From a virus, in IMG/VR virus record IMGVR_UViG_3300032245_000762, positions 4,111 to 68,110 of that record: a DNA stretch of 64,000 nucleotides; one strand, written 5' to 3'. The notes under the pieces were generated by a model. The model had not been told where the DNA came from. It ran no database searches and worked only from the letters and a program-made list of their open reading frames with translations. Made by a program: the position numbers and the translations under genes. Positions 27,274-36,090 of this stretch are shown in pieces. Numbering within the stretch: position 1 is the first letter of the stretch; every line of letters starts with the position of its first letter.

Positions 27274-28853
27274 TGGAATTTATTAATGAAAATGAATCAT
27301 CAAATCAAATAGAAATTTCTAATTCAGCAGACTGGGTTAAATTTAATAATAAAGAAGTTGTATTAGACAATGATCCATTTAATATTGAAGGCGAAGATCT
27401 TAAAAAAGTAAACGGCCTTGGCCCAACATTTCGTAGAAAAATGTCAAGAGAATTTTCAAAGCGTTTTGTAGGACAAGAAGGAACAGCCACACAACAAAAT
27501 TTATTGCAACAAGCGGTAACTGGTTATGCCATGTTCGACCTTGTGGAGTCTCCATATAACTTAGAATATTTATCTAAAATATATGAAATGTCTCCATATA
27601 ATTATGCAGCTATTAATGCAAAAGTTGCTAACATTGTTGGTCTTGGATATTCATTTGTAGAAACAAAAAAAGCAAACGATGCTTTAGATGCAATTGAAGA
27701 TAAAAAACAATTAGATAGAGCCCGCAGAAAATTAAACAAACTTCGCCAAGACCTTGATGCTTGGCTTGAAGAAACAAATGAAGAAGAAACATTTACGGAA
27801 ACATTAGTAAAAGCTTATACAGATTTAGAAGCAACTGGTAATGGTTATATTGAAATAGGTAGAACTAGCGCAGGCAATATTGGTTATATTGGACATATCC
27901 CCGCAAAAACCATGCGTGTGCGTCGTTTACGTGATGGTTTTATACAACTGCTTTATGGTAAAGCTGTATTCTTTCGCAATTTTGGAGATCAAGAAACTAT
28001 TAATCCAATTGCAGAAGCAACAGATCGTCCTAACGAAATTATTCATTTAAAGAAATATACTCCAATGAATAATTATTACGGTATACCAGACATTATTGCT
28101 TCTCAAACAGCAATGGCTGGTAATGAATTTTCTGGCAAATACAACTTAGACTATTTTGAAAATAAAGCAGTTCCTCGTTATATTATTACAGTAAAAGGTG
28201 CAAAACTTTCTCCAGAGGCAGAACGTAAGCTACTTGAATTTTTTCAAGTTGGATTAAAAGGTAAAAATCATAGATCTCTTTATGTGCCACTTCCAGCAGA
28301 TACTCCAGATGCTAAAGTTGAATTTAAAATGGAACCTATTGAAGCTGGAAATCAAGAAGGCTCATTTGAAAAATATCGCAGATCTAATCGTGATGAAATT
28401 TTATTATCTCATCGTGTTCCAATTAATAAAATTGGAGTCCCAGAGGGAGTGAGCCTTGCTTCAGCTAGAGATGCAGATAAAATGTTTAAAGAGCAAGTTT
28501 GTCGTCCAGCACAAGATATTTTAGAAAAGAAAATAAATAGAATTATTTCAGAAAAAACTGATGCCCTTCAACTTAAATTTAATGAATTAACTCTTACAGA
28601 TGAAGATACTCAATCTAAAATTGATGAAAGATATTTAAGAATGCAAGTAATTACCCCTAATGAAGTTAGAATTAGAAAGGGAATGATTCCGCTAGATAGT
28701 GGAGATGAAGTTGTAGATTTACAAGCTCAGGCGGCAGAAATTAAAGCTCAATCCTTAAATTCTAGAACTCGCACCCAAGAAAGGTCGGCAAATTCCCCAG
28801 ATAATTCTGGAGAGGCTAGACAGCCAAAAGGTGACGGTAGAGTAACTGCTTAA
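27273..28853 (+). CDS. phage portal protein (HK97/PBSX-like)
   Basis: TGNGYIEIGR, HIPAKTMR, EIIHLK.Y.P...YYGIP, YFEN.AVP, RVP..KIG and TPNEVR. Confidence 0.9.
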   Translation: MEFINENESSNQIEISNSADWVKFNNKEVVLDNDPFNIEGEDLKKVNGLGPTFRRKMSREFSKRFVGQEGTATQQNLLQQAVTGYAMFDLVESPYNLEYLSKIYEMSPYNYAAINAKVANIVGLGYSFVETKKANDALDAIEDKKQLDRARRKLNKLRQDLDAWLEETNEEETFTETLVKAYTDLEATGNGYIEIGRTSAGNIGYIGHIPAKTMRVRRLRDGFIQLLYGKAVFFRNFGDQETINPIAEATDRPNEIIHLKKYTPMNNYYGIPDIIASQTAMAGNEFSGKYNLDYFENKAVPRYIITVKGAKLSPEAERKLLEFFQVGLKGKNHRSLYVPLPADTPDAKVEFKMEPIEAGNQEGSFEKYRRSNRDEILLSHRVPINKIGVPEGVSLASARDADKMFKEQVCRPAQDILEKKINRIISEKTDALQLKFNELTLTDEDTQSKIDERYLRMQVITPNEVRIRKGMIPLDSGDEVVDLQAQAAEIKAQSLNSRTRTQERSANSPDNSGEARQPKGDGRVTA

Positions 28854-28872
28854 TTATTAGGCAACTAGTTAT

Positions 28873-28901
28873 TTGCCTTTTGATTATAACAAGTATAAAA
28901 T
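28873..28901 (+). promoter_or_regulatory. promoter for the protease/capsid operon (leaderless)
   Basis: TTGCCT-N17-TAAAAT, with ATG 28909 seven nt downstream. Confidence 0.6.
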
Positions 28902-28908
28902 AAAGCAT

Positions 28909-30219
28909 ATGAATATTGAAAAATCTTATTGGTCTTCCAATGGCGAAAATATCAATTTATCTGTTCCTTTTACTAAGGTAGACAGAGAAAAAAGAACCGT
29001 ATCTGGATTTGCAACCCTTGATAATATTGATCAAACTGGAGATGTTGTTACAGCAGAAGCAAGCGTTAAAGCATTCGAAAAATTTCGTGGAAACTTGCGT
29101 GAAATGCATCAACCAATTGCAGTTGGAAAAATTGTTTCTTTTAAACCAGAAACATTTTATGACCCAGTATCAAAATCATTTTATAATGGAGTTTATGTAG
29201 ATGCATATATTTCAAAAGGCTCACAAGACACTTGGGAAAAAGTTCTTGATGGAACTTTGCAAGGATTTTCAATTGGCGGTAAAATTGTTAACTCAGATAA
29301 TGAAATGAATAAAGCAACAGGTAAACCAATTAGATTTATTAAAGAATATGATTTAATGGAATTATCTATTGTAGATTCTCCAGCAAATGAATTATGTAAT
29401 ATTTTATCTATATCAAAAATGAATGGTCAATTAATATTTAAAGGAATGGCCGCAGAAGTTATAACAGAAAATATTTTTTATTGTGAAGATACAGATTCAG
29501 TTTTCATGTCAACAGAATCACAATACAACTCCCCAGTTACTGGAAAGCCTGCAAGCTTAATAGGATGGGTAGAGAGTAAAGATATGAACAAAGCAAAAGA
29601 AATAGAAAAGATTCTTGCTTCATACAAGAAGACAAGATTGACGTTGCCTGATACACAAACAATTGCAAAACAGGCAAACGCAGAAGGAGGTAATGAAGTG
29701 TCAGAAAACACAGAAACAGTAGTAGTTGAAGAAACTGCTCCAGTAGAAGTTTCAACACCTGCAGAAAATGCAGTAGTTGAAGAGGCAGTTGCAGATAATG
29801 TAGCAGCCGATGCTTCTGCCGAAACTCTGGAAAAAGCAGCCGACGTATCAGAAGTCGAGGTTGATGAACCTGATTTTGCAAAAATGTTAGGCGATCTAAA
29901 AGGCTTTTTCTCAGAAACTTTGAATAAAGCTTCAGAGGCAAACTCAGCACAAGTTTCAGCTATGCAAGAAACAGTTGAATCATTTAGCAAGAGTGTCGAT
30001 GTAAAAATTTCAGAGTTGGCAGAACAACACGCAAATCTCAGCAAAACAGTTGAGAATATCAAGAACACGATTGATAGCGTAGAAAAGCGTGTCGACGCAG
30101 TAGAATCAGAGACTGCATTCAAGAAGTCCTCAGACCTTGGCGGGTCTCAGGAAGTTAAAATCCAAAAATCAAAATGGAACGGTTCTTTCCTCGGTTCCGT
30201 AAACGAACTATTTAAATAA
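28909..30219 (+). CDS. prohead (capsid maturation) protease fused to a scaffold domain
   Basis: RTVSGFAT..D.TGDVV, REMH, GFSIGG and ELSIVDSPAN, followed by an acidic coiled-coil C-terminal part. The track's TTG 28873 coincides with the -35 box. Confidence 0.85.
   Translation: MNIEKSYWSSNGENINLSVPFTKVDREKRTVSGFATLDNIDQTGDVVTAEASVKAFEKFRGNLREMHQPIAVGKIVSFKPETFYDPVSKSFYNGVYVDAYISKGSQDTWEKVLDGTLQGFSIGGKIVNSDNEMNKATGKPIRFIKEYDLMELSIVDSPANELCNILSISKMNGQLIFKGMAAEVITENIFYCEDTDSVFMSTESQYNSPVTGKPASLIGWVESKDMNKAKEIEKILASYKKTRLTLPDTQTIAKQANAEGGNEVSENTETVVVEETAPVEVSTPAENAVVEEAVADNVAADASAETLEKAADVSEVEVDEPDFAKMLGDLKGFFSETLNKASEANSAQVSAMQETVESFSKSVDVKISELAEQHANLSKTVENIKNTIDSVEKRVDAVESETAFKKSSDLGGSQEVKIQKSKWNGSFLGSVNELFK
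29698..30219 (+). CDS. nested in-frame scaffolding protein (internal start)
   Basis: Perfect SD AAGGAGGT at 29684-29691, then an in-frame GTG at 29698 at the start of the acidic coiled-coil region. Confidence 0.6.
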   Translation: MSENTETVVVEETAPVEVSTPAENAVVEEAVADNVAADASAETLEKAADVSEVEVDEPDFAKMLGDLKGFFSETLNKASEANSAQVSAMQETVESFSKSVDVKISELAEQHANLSKTVENIKNTIDSVEKRVDAVESETAFKKSSDLGGSQEVKIQKSKWNGSFLGSVNELFK

Positions 30220-30237
30220 GGGTAGGTGAAATATATA

Positions 30238-31290
30238 ATGAGTAATGAGTTATTAGAAAAGACAATCGCAGCTGATGCAGTAGCATTAGCAGGATTTGGC
30301 TCATCAACTGGAGGAGCAGGAATCCACACTGCGTCTGAAAATGGCAACGGTGGTTTACTTAATCCAGAACAATCTGCTCGCTTTCTAGATTATATGTTCG
30401 ACGCAACCGTAATTGGTAAAGTCGCTCGAACAGTTAGAATGAAAGCAGATACAACAGAAATTGATCGCATTGGAGTAGGCGAAAAGCTTATGAAGCTTGC
30501 GACAGAAGGAGATAATACTAACAGCGATAATGCTGCAGTAACCTTCTCAAAGATTTCTTTGTCAACAAAGAAGCTTCGCTTGGATTGGGAACTTTCAACT
30601 GAGTCTCTAGAAGACAATATTGAAGGTGCTGATCTTGAAGATCATATTGCCAGAATGATGGCAACACAAGCAGGAAACGACATTGAAGATGTAGTTCTTA
30701 ATGGAAATTCATCTCTTACAGGCGATGCTTTATACAAGGCATTTAATGGTGTTGTAAAGAAGGCAAAGACTTACGGTCACGTAGTCGATGCAGGTGGTGC
30801 AGGAATTTCTCGTGCTGTATTTAACAGCGCTTTGAAGGCACTTCCACGTAAGTATAAGCAACGTCGCACAGACCTTCGCTTCTTATCAGGATCAAACTTG
30901 ATTCAAGATTACTTATACACAACTTCACAAAATATTCAGAACGTCAACCCACAAGATATTGCTTCTGGCATTATCCGTGGTGATGTTCCTGTTTTGGGTG
31001 GACCAGCAGGATATGTTGCTCCATACGCATTTGGTATTCCAATTGTTGAAGTTCCACTTCTTCCAGAAACACAAGCTGGAGACTATTCAAATCACACAGG
31101 AGATCATGGTGACATCCACTTGACATTCCCAAATAACGTAGTTATTGGTATTAAGCGTGACGTAACTGTTTATCGTTTCTTCTGGCCAAAGAAGGACTCA
31201 ATCGAGTATACAATGTATACCCGTGTTGGCGTTCAAATTGAGCAAGCAGATGCTTGGGTAGTTGTAAAGAACGTAAAAGTCGCTTCCTAA
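30238..31290 (+). CDS. major capsid protein (HK97 fold)
   Basis: Follows protease/scaffold; GGLLNPEQ..RF, LSTKKLRL.WELS.ESLEDNIEG and FGIPIVEVP; SD AGGTGA; strong terminator downstream. Confidence 0.9.
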   Translation: MSNELLEKTIAADAVALAGFGSSTGGAGIHTASENGNGGLLNPEQSARFLDYMFDATVIGKVARTVRMKADTTEIDRIGVGEKLMKLATEGDNTNSDNAAVTFSKISLSTKKLRLDWELSTESLEDNIEGADLEDHIARMMATQAGNDIEDVVLNGNSSLTGDALYKAFNGVVKKAKTYGHVVDAGGAGISRAVFNSALKALPRKYKQRRTDLRFLSGSNLIQDYLYTTSQNIQNVNPQDIASGIIRGDVPVLGGPAGYVAPYAFGIPIVEVPLLPETQAGDYSNHTGDHGDIHLTFPNNVVIGIKRDVTVYRFFWPKKDSIEYTMYTRVGVQIEQADAWVVVKNVKVAS

Positions 31291-31307
31291 TTAGGAATTT
31301 AGGCTTA

Positions 31308-31347
31308 GAAAAGTCCCCCAAATTAATTTTTGGGGGCTTTTCATTTT
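31308..31347 (+). terminator. Rho-independent terminator after the capsid gene
   Basis: GAAAAGTCCCCCAAA-TTAAT-TTTTGGGGGCTTTTC followed by ATTTT. Confidence 0.8.
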
Positions 31348-31357
31348 AATTTAGTAA

Positions 31358-31366
31358 TGATATAAT
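31358..31366 (+). promoter_or_regulatory. extended -10 promoter
   Basis: TGATATAAT directly after the terminator; RBS AAGGAG before 31393. Confidence 0.55.
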
Positions 31367-31392
31367 TAAATAACTTAGACTAAGGAGAATGT

Positions 31393-31788
31393 ATGTCATT
31401 TGAGACATTAAAATTATCTGAATTAAAAAAAGTTGCTGAAGATTTCGGCGTTGATATAGAAGAATTAAAAAGTAAAAAAGATATTATTGCACAATTAGCA
31501 GAAGAAGGCGTAAGTTGGTCTGTTTATCAAAAAACAGTTCAAGACGTAAATGATGCTACAGAAGAAATTGAAGTTTTTCCAAAATTTGATCCAAAAAAAG
31601 ATATTCATGAAGATAAGGTTTTGGTAAAAATGGATAGAGCAAATTTTAGATATGATATTATGGGATTTACATTTACAAAAGAGCACCCATTTGTTGCAAT
31701 GAATGAAAAAGATGCTCAAGAAATTTTTGACGGGGAGGATGGTTTTAGGTTAGCTACTCCAAAAGAGGCACAAGATTTTTATAGCTAA
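31393..31788 (+). CDS. hypothetical protein with an N-terminal Rho-N/HeH-like helix pair
   Basis: FETLKLSELKKVAEDFGV....KKDIIAQL. Confidence 0.55.
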   Translation: MSFETLKLSELKKVAEDFGVDIEELKSKKDIIAQLAEEGVSWSVYQKTVQDVNDATEEIEVFPKFDPKKDIHEDKVLVKMDRANFRYDIMGFTFTKEHPFVAMNEKDAQEIFDGEDGFRLATPKEAQDFYS

Positions 31789-31801
31789 TTAAACCTTTTA
31801 A

Positions 31802-32791
31802 ATGGCAAGCGAAATATATAAATATAGTAACACTCCAATTAAAACAAAAATATTTTGGAGAGGTGAGTTATTAGTTACCGAAGATCCAATTATTGCTGAA
31901 GTTTATGATATTACAGAAGACCCAGCACTGAACCCACCAGTAGATCCAGGAATTGCTATAGATAGTTTTGAGGTATTCTTAGTAGAAGAAGATCCAGGAA
32001 CATATCAAATTTTTTTGCCATTTAGTATTACAGAACGTAATAAATCTTTAAAAATTATTTGGAAATATGAAGTAAATTCAGAAGAAGCTCAACATGTAAG
32101 TTATGTTGATATTGTAACTCCATATGCAGATATGTCAGATGCAATGGAAGATTTAAATCTTGGATCAGAACCAAGTGATCCAAATTATAGAACTTATCAT
32201 GAATTAATGATGGCTGAAAAATATGCTAGAAAAATAATTGAAAATTATTGTAATCAGTTTTTTTATGAATATGATGATGTTCAAATAGCTTATGGCGCAG
32301 GCACAGATATATTACCATTACCATTTAAACTAGTAACTATTCATGAAATTTATGAAAATGATATATTGTTGTATGATGGAATTAATCAAATAAATAATTG
32401 GCTTTATACTCCACAAATTACAGAAAATGGATTTGGTATTAGAGTAAACAGAACTAATGCTGTAGATAACATGGTATATGTTGCTAATGGTATGGTTCCG
32501 CCATCTATTTATGATAGGGGTTGGAGCGGAGCATTTAAAAAAGATGCTAGGTATCGTGTTCAAGGAAGAGTTGGATGGCATACAGTTCCAGATAATGTTC
32601 AAGAAGCTTGTGGAGTATTAATGGGTGAGTATTTTGCTAAAGACAATATGTGGAAAAATAAATATGTAAAAGCAGTTTCTACATTTGATTGGCAATTTGA
32701 ATTTTTTGGAGATGTGTCTAGAGGAACTGGAAATCTTTATGCAGATCAATTATTAAATCCATATGTCATAAATGGTATGGTTGTAATATAA
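31802..32791 (+). CDS. head-to-tail adaptor
   Basis: Position after capsid; ARKIIENYCNQFF, GW.TVP..VQEAC and TGNLYADQLL.PY. Confidence 0.7.
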   Translation: MASEIYKYSNTPIKTKIFWRGELLVTEDPIIAEVYDITEDPALNPPVDPGIAIDSFEVFLVEEDPGTYQIFLPFSITERNKSLKIIWKYEVNSEEAQHVSYVDIVTPYADMSDAMEDLNLGSEPSDPNYRTYHELMMAEKYARKIIENYCNQFFYEYDDVQIAYGAGTDILPLPFKLVTIHEIYENDILLYDGINQINNWLYTPQITENGFGIRVNRTNAVDNMVYVANGMVPPSIYDRGWSGAFKKDARYRVQGRVGWHTVPDNVQEACGVLMGEYFAKDNMWKNKYVKAVSTFDWQFEFFGDVSRGTGNLYADQLLNPYVINGMVVI

Positions 32792-33219
32792 TGCAAGATC
32801 TAGTTAATTCAGTTCTTTCGATGAAACTAGATGTTTATAGACAAATAGAAAATCAAGATCCTAATACTGGTGCCATTAAAAAAGAATGGAACTATTATAA
32901 AACTATGGATTGTCATGCTAAAGGGGTAATTAGTAATTCATCTACTTCAAGAAATAGCGATAAACAGTTATTTAGTAATAAATATATAAATGATCAAACT
33001 ATTGAAGTTAGAAGTATTGAAAAATTAACATTTAGAGAAAAGGTTACTAATATTTGTGATATGCGTGGTAACCCTATTTGGACAGAAATTGATTTTCCAA
33101 ATGATACACCAACAGTATTTGAAGTGGTTGGAACCACACCATTAACAGATCCATTTGGCAGAGTAATTGCTTATAACTCTACTTTAAAGAGATCGGAGAA
33201 TCAACAAATTGGACTCTAG
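32791..33219 (+). CDS. head-to-tail stopper/closure protein
   Basis: Synteny and size; QDPNTGAIKKEW, FEVVG..P..DPFG. Confidence 0.6.
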   Translation: MQDLVNSVLSMKLDVYRQIENQDPNTGAIKKEWNYYKTMDCHAKGVISNSSTSRNSDKQLFSNKYINDQTIEVRSIEKLTFREKVTNICDMRGNPIWTEIDFPNDTPTVFEVVGTTPLTDPFGRVIAYNSTLKRSENQQIGL

Positions 33220-33997
33220 CGTAGCATTACTTCAAGCAGCATCTGGCCTAGAAAGATTAATGTATGGAGCAGAAAAAAATCCATTGTTAAAAGATAGCAC
33301 AGTTGCTCAAATATCTGCTGCCCTATATTATCAAGCTAACGTTGTTGCTAAAATAACAAATAGCAAAAAGTTTAAAGATGAATTTAAAAAAATTATATTT
33401 ACTCAAATTGAAAAAGATTTTGGAGCTCATATTGATGCTCAAGCTAGAACTAAACCCAAATCTTTTCACCATGTTTATGAATGGAAAAAGACTGGCACCA
33501 AAACAGGAAGACTTTTTAAACTAACTTCCATTGTAGGAAATGACATTTCATTTAAAATTAAATATGAATTTATTCCATCTAAAACAATGGTTCCAGCACC
33601 CGAAGGCATACGTAGACACGTATTTATAAATAAAGCGGCTGTGATGGAAGCTGGAATGCCTTTAAAAATTGCTCCACGCCATTCTAAGCGCCTTGTATTT
33701 GAAAGTAATGGTATTACAGTATTTATGCCTATAGGCGCCTCAGTGACCGTTCAGAGGCCTGGAGGACCTAGTGTTAAAAATCAATTTAGCCTTCATTATT
33801 CTAGATTCTTTAGTGGACAACTAGTAAACAATTCAATTAAAAGATCTGGTTTTCAAAGAATATTTAATTCTGCTATGATGAAATCCATGAAATTGCCAAG
33901 CTCAATTAAAAAAATTCAATATTCATTTTCTCCAAATACAATTAGAACTATGGCGGATTCAGCAGTAGCATCATCCTTTGGAGGAGTAATTGTATGA
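33209..33997 (+). CDS. neck/tail completion protein
   Basis: Synteny; basic 262-aa ORF (HHVYEW, F.NKA.VME.G). Confidence 0.5.
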   Translation: MDSSVALLQAASGLERLMYGAEKNPLLKDSTVAQISAALYYQANVVAKITNSKKFKDEFKKIIFTQIEKDFGAHIDAQARTKPKSFHHVYEWKKTGTKTGRLFKLTSIVGNDISFKIKYEFIPSKTMVPAPEGIRRHVFINKAAVMEAGMPLKIAPRHSKRLVFESNGITVFMPIGASVTVQRPGGPSVKNQFSLHYSRFFSGQLVNNSIKRSGFQRIFNSAMMKSMKLPSSIKKIQYSFSPNTIRTMADSAVASSFGGVIV

Positions 33998-34509
33998 CAG
34001 TTAATTATAATTTAGACGCAATGTTTGAACTTAGAAGATTTATGTGGGATAAATTAGTTGAGTCTAAGGTCTTTGACCCAGAGGATTACTATAGCGATTC
34101 TTTAGGAGAAACTTTAATACCAATTCTGCCAGTTCAACAGGCTCCAGAATTAAATCAATTTTTAAGTGGCAAGAAACATATTGTCTATGATAAAATAGGT
34201 ATGTCCTACCAAGATAATTGGCTTATATGCTGTGAACAAATATTATTTACTATATATTCTACAGACGTTCAAGAAATTAATCAAATAAGAAATTTTATGA
34301 CTGATGAGTTTAGAAGAATGGACAATTCTGCAACAGATATAAATAGATCTGGAGACATATCCCTAGATAATTTTAAATTTCATACTATATTTATTGCCGA
34401 CATATCTCCTACCGCACCTTCAGAGGAGCTTCAAGGATTTTTATCGGCAGACGTGATACTCGAGGTCACATATTCTAGAATTACTGGCCCAGATGGACGT
34501 TTCATATAG
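33994..34509 (+). CDS. tail terminator protein
   Basis: Acidic 171-aa ORF immediately before the major tail protein. Confidence 0.55.
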   Translation: MTVNYNLDAMFELRRFMWDKLVESKVFDPEDYYSDSLGETLIPILPVQQAPELNQFLSGKKHIVYDKIGMSYQDNWLICCEQILFTIYSTDVQEINQIRNFMTDEFRRMDNSATDINRSGDISLDNFKFHTIFIADISPTAPSEELQGFLSADVILEVTYSRITGPDGRFI

Positions 34510-34510
34510 T

Positions 34511-34539
34511 TTGCCTTAAGGCCTAAAATCCCGTATCAT
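34511..34539 (+). promoter_or_regulatory. promoter for the major tail protein
   Basis: TTGCCT-N17-TATCAT; SD AGGAGGT before ATG 34621. Confidence 0.6.
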
Positions 34540-34620
34540 TGGATATGAGGAAAGAAGCCTAGCCAGCTTTGGTTTTTAAAATATATATATATAGTTTAAA
34601 ACACAGGAGGTAGTAAACAC

Positions 34621-35319
34621 ATGGCAATCCAATCACAAGGTAATGCTAAAAATATTCTTGTTGGTGCATCCCCATTATTTCTATCAGTTGAAGATTCAAC
34701 TGTAACAGGTTATAAGGAAAATATGGAAGCAGGTTTTGCTAATGCAGGAACTGCATCACGCAACACAAAAGTTCCAGCATTTAGTTCAGCAGCATCATAT
34801 ACAACAACACTAAATGGAGTAGATCTTACACCAGGAGTAGACGGAGCAGCTTATCGCAACGTAGGTTATACAAACAATGGTCTTCAAATCACTTATAACC
34901 CAACATACGATTCAGTAACTGTAGATCAGTTGCTTGATACAGCTAAATTGTTCAAGTCTGCAATGGAAGTTATGATTGCAACAGAAATGTCAGAAGGAAC
35001 ACTAGAAAACGTTCTAGTTGTATTCGGACAAAAGAAGGGAACTCTTAATGCAGGAGTTCTCGGCCTAGAGGCAGGTGCACTTGGTGCAGCTCCTACAGAG
35101 CGTCAATTAATTGCAGTTGGACAAGCTCCAACAAATGATTCACCAAATTCAGAGCGTGTATATTATGCACGTCGTGTTCTTTCTGTTCAACAGTCACAGT
35201 TCTCTTTGGCTCGCACAACAGCAACAACATTTCCAGTAACTTTCCGTCTGCTTCCAGACGCAAATTACAATGGTTCAGAATACGGTAAGATTATTGACCG
35301 CACATGGACACCAGCATAA
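34621..35319 (+). CDS. major tail (tube) protein
   Basis: NILVGA..LF, VGYTNNGLQITY.P....VDQL and FPVTFRLLP; strong SD; terminator follows; precedes chaperones and tape measure. Confidence 0.82.
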   Translation: MAIQSQGNAKNILVGASPLFLSVEDSTVTGYKENMEAGFANAGTASRNTKVPAFSSAASYTTTLNGVDLTPGVDGAAYRNVGYTNNGLQITYNPTYDSVTVDQLLDTAKLFKSAMEVMIATEMSEGTLENVLVVFGQKKGTLNAGVLGLEAGALGAAPTERQLIAVGQAPTNDSPNSERVYYARRVLSVQQSQFSLARTTATTFPVTFRLLPDANYNGSEYGKIIDRTWTPA

Positions 35320-35337
35320 TTTAATTTATTAAATTAG

Positions 35338-35368
35338 GAAAGCCCCCAGAAATGGGGGTTTTTCATTT
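35338..35368 (+). terminator. Rho-independent terminator
   Basis: GAAAGCCCCCA-GAAA-TGGGGGTTTTTC followed by ATTT. Confidence 0.8.
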
Positions 35369-35386
35369 GTGGTGATAATACCTATA

Positions 35387-35395
35387 TGTTATAAT
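35387..35395 (+). promoter_or_regulatory. extended -10 promoter
   Basis: TGTTATAAT; SD AGGAGG before TTG 35422. Confidence 0.55.
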
Positions 35396-35421
35396 AATTA
35401 AGACGATCCTAGGAGGATAAA

Positions 35422-35754
35422 TTGGCTACAACAGTATACGACGTAGAAGAAATTGAACTACAAAACGGTTCAAAGGTAAAACTAAAACCATTAACTATTA
35501 AAGCATTAAGAAAGTTTATGGCAGAAATTCAAAAAACAACAGAATCAACAAGCGAAGATGAAACATTAACCGTTCTTATTAATGCTTGCGGTATTGCAAT
35601 TGAATCACAAGTGCCAGAATTAGTTGCAGATAGAGATAAATTAGAAGATGCTTTAGATATGCCAACTATTAATCGCATTCTAGAAGTTTGCGGTGGCATT
35701 AAGTTGGATGACCCAAACCAACTAGCGGCAATGGTTCTAGCTGGGCAGAACTAG
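35422..35754 (+). CDS. tail assembly chaperone (G-like)
   Basis: Lies between major tail and tape measure genes; slippery heptamer near its 3' end. Confidence 0.8.
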   Translation: MATTVYDVEEIELQNGSKVKLKPLTIKALRKFMAEIQKTTESTSEDETLTVLINACGIAIESQVPELVADRDKLEDALDMPTINRILEVCGGIKLDDPNQLAAMVLAGQN

Positions 35755-36080
35755 ATTTAGCCGCATTACTTGGCGAAGTTTTTCTTTTAGGTAATTGGAA
35801 AAATTACGACGAATTAGAAGAAAATCTTTCAATGCCAGAATTGATCCAGACTTTTAAATCAATGCAAAAAACTGAAGAAGAAAAAAGAAAATTCTTAGCT
35901 TCACTTCAAGGCGTTAATTTAAATGAAGAAACAGAAAAAGAAGGTCCTACCTTCGAAGACATACAAAGAAGGGCCCTTGGAATAGATGTGTCGGGAGACG
36001 ACATAGTATCCTTGCAAGGTCCAATTGCTTCACAAGAAGGCTTTGGTGTTGGATTGGGATTAGGATATTCTAAGGAGTAA
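35712..36080 (+). CDS. tail assembly chaperone -1 frameshift extension (T-like; fusion 35422..36080)
   Basis: The -1 frame is open from 35712 (PKPTSGNGSSWAELDL...SMPELIQ...) to TAA 36080; C CCA AAC at 35712-35718. Confidence 0.78.
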   Translation, partial: PKPTSGNGSSWAELDLAALLGEVFLLGNWKNYDELEENLSMPELIQTFKSMQKTEEEKRKFLASLQGVNLNEETEKEGPTFEDIQRRALGIDVSGDDIVSLQGPIASQEGFGVGLGLGYSKE

Positions 36081-36090
36081 AATATAATAA

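Noticed and set aside
29478-30122. 214-aa and 137-aa antisense ORFs; likewise 39579..40088 and other short antisense or off-frame ORFs in the track
   Set aside because: They lie wholly within well-supported plus-strand genes, with no RBS or recognisable motifs.
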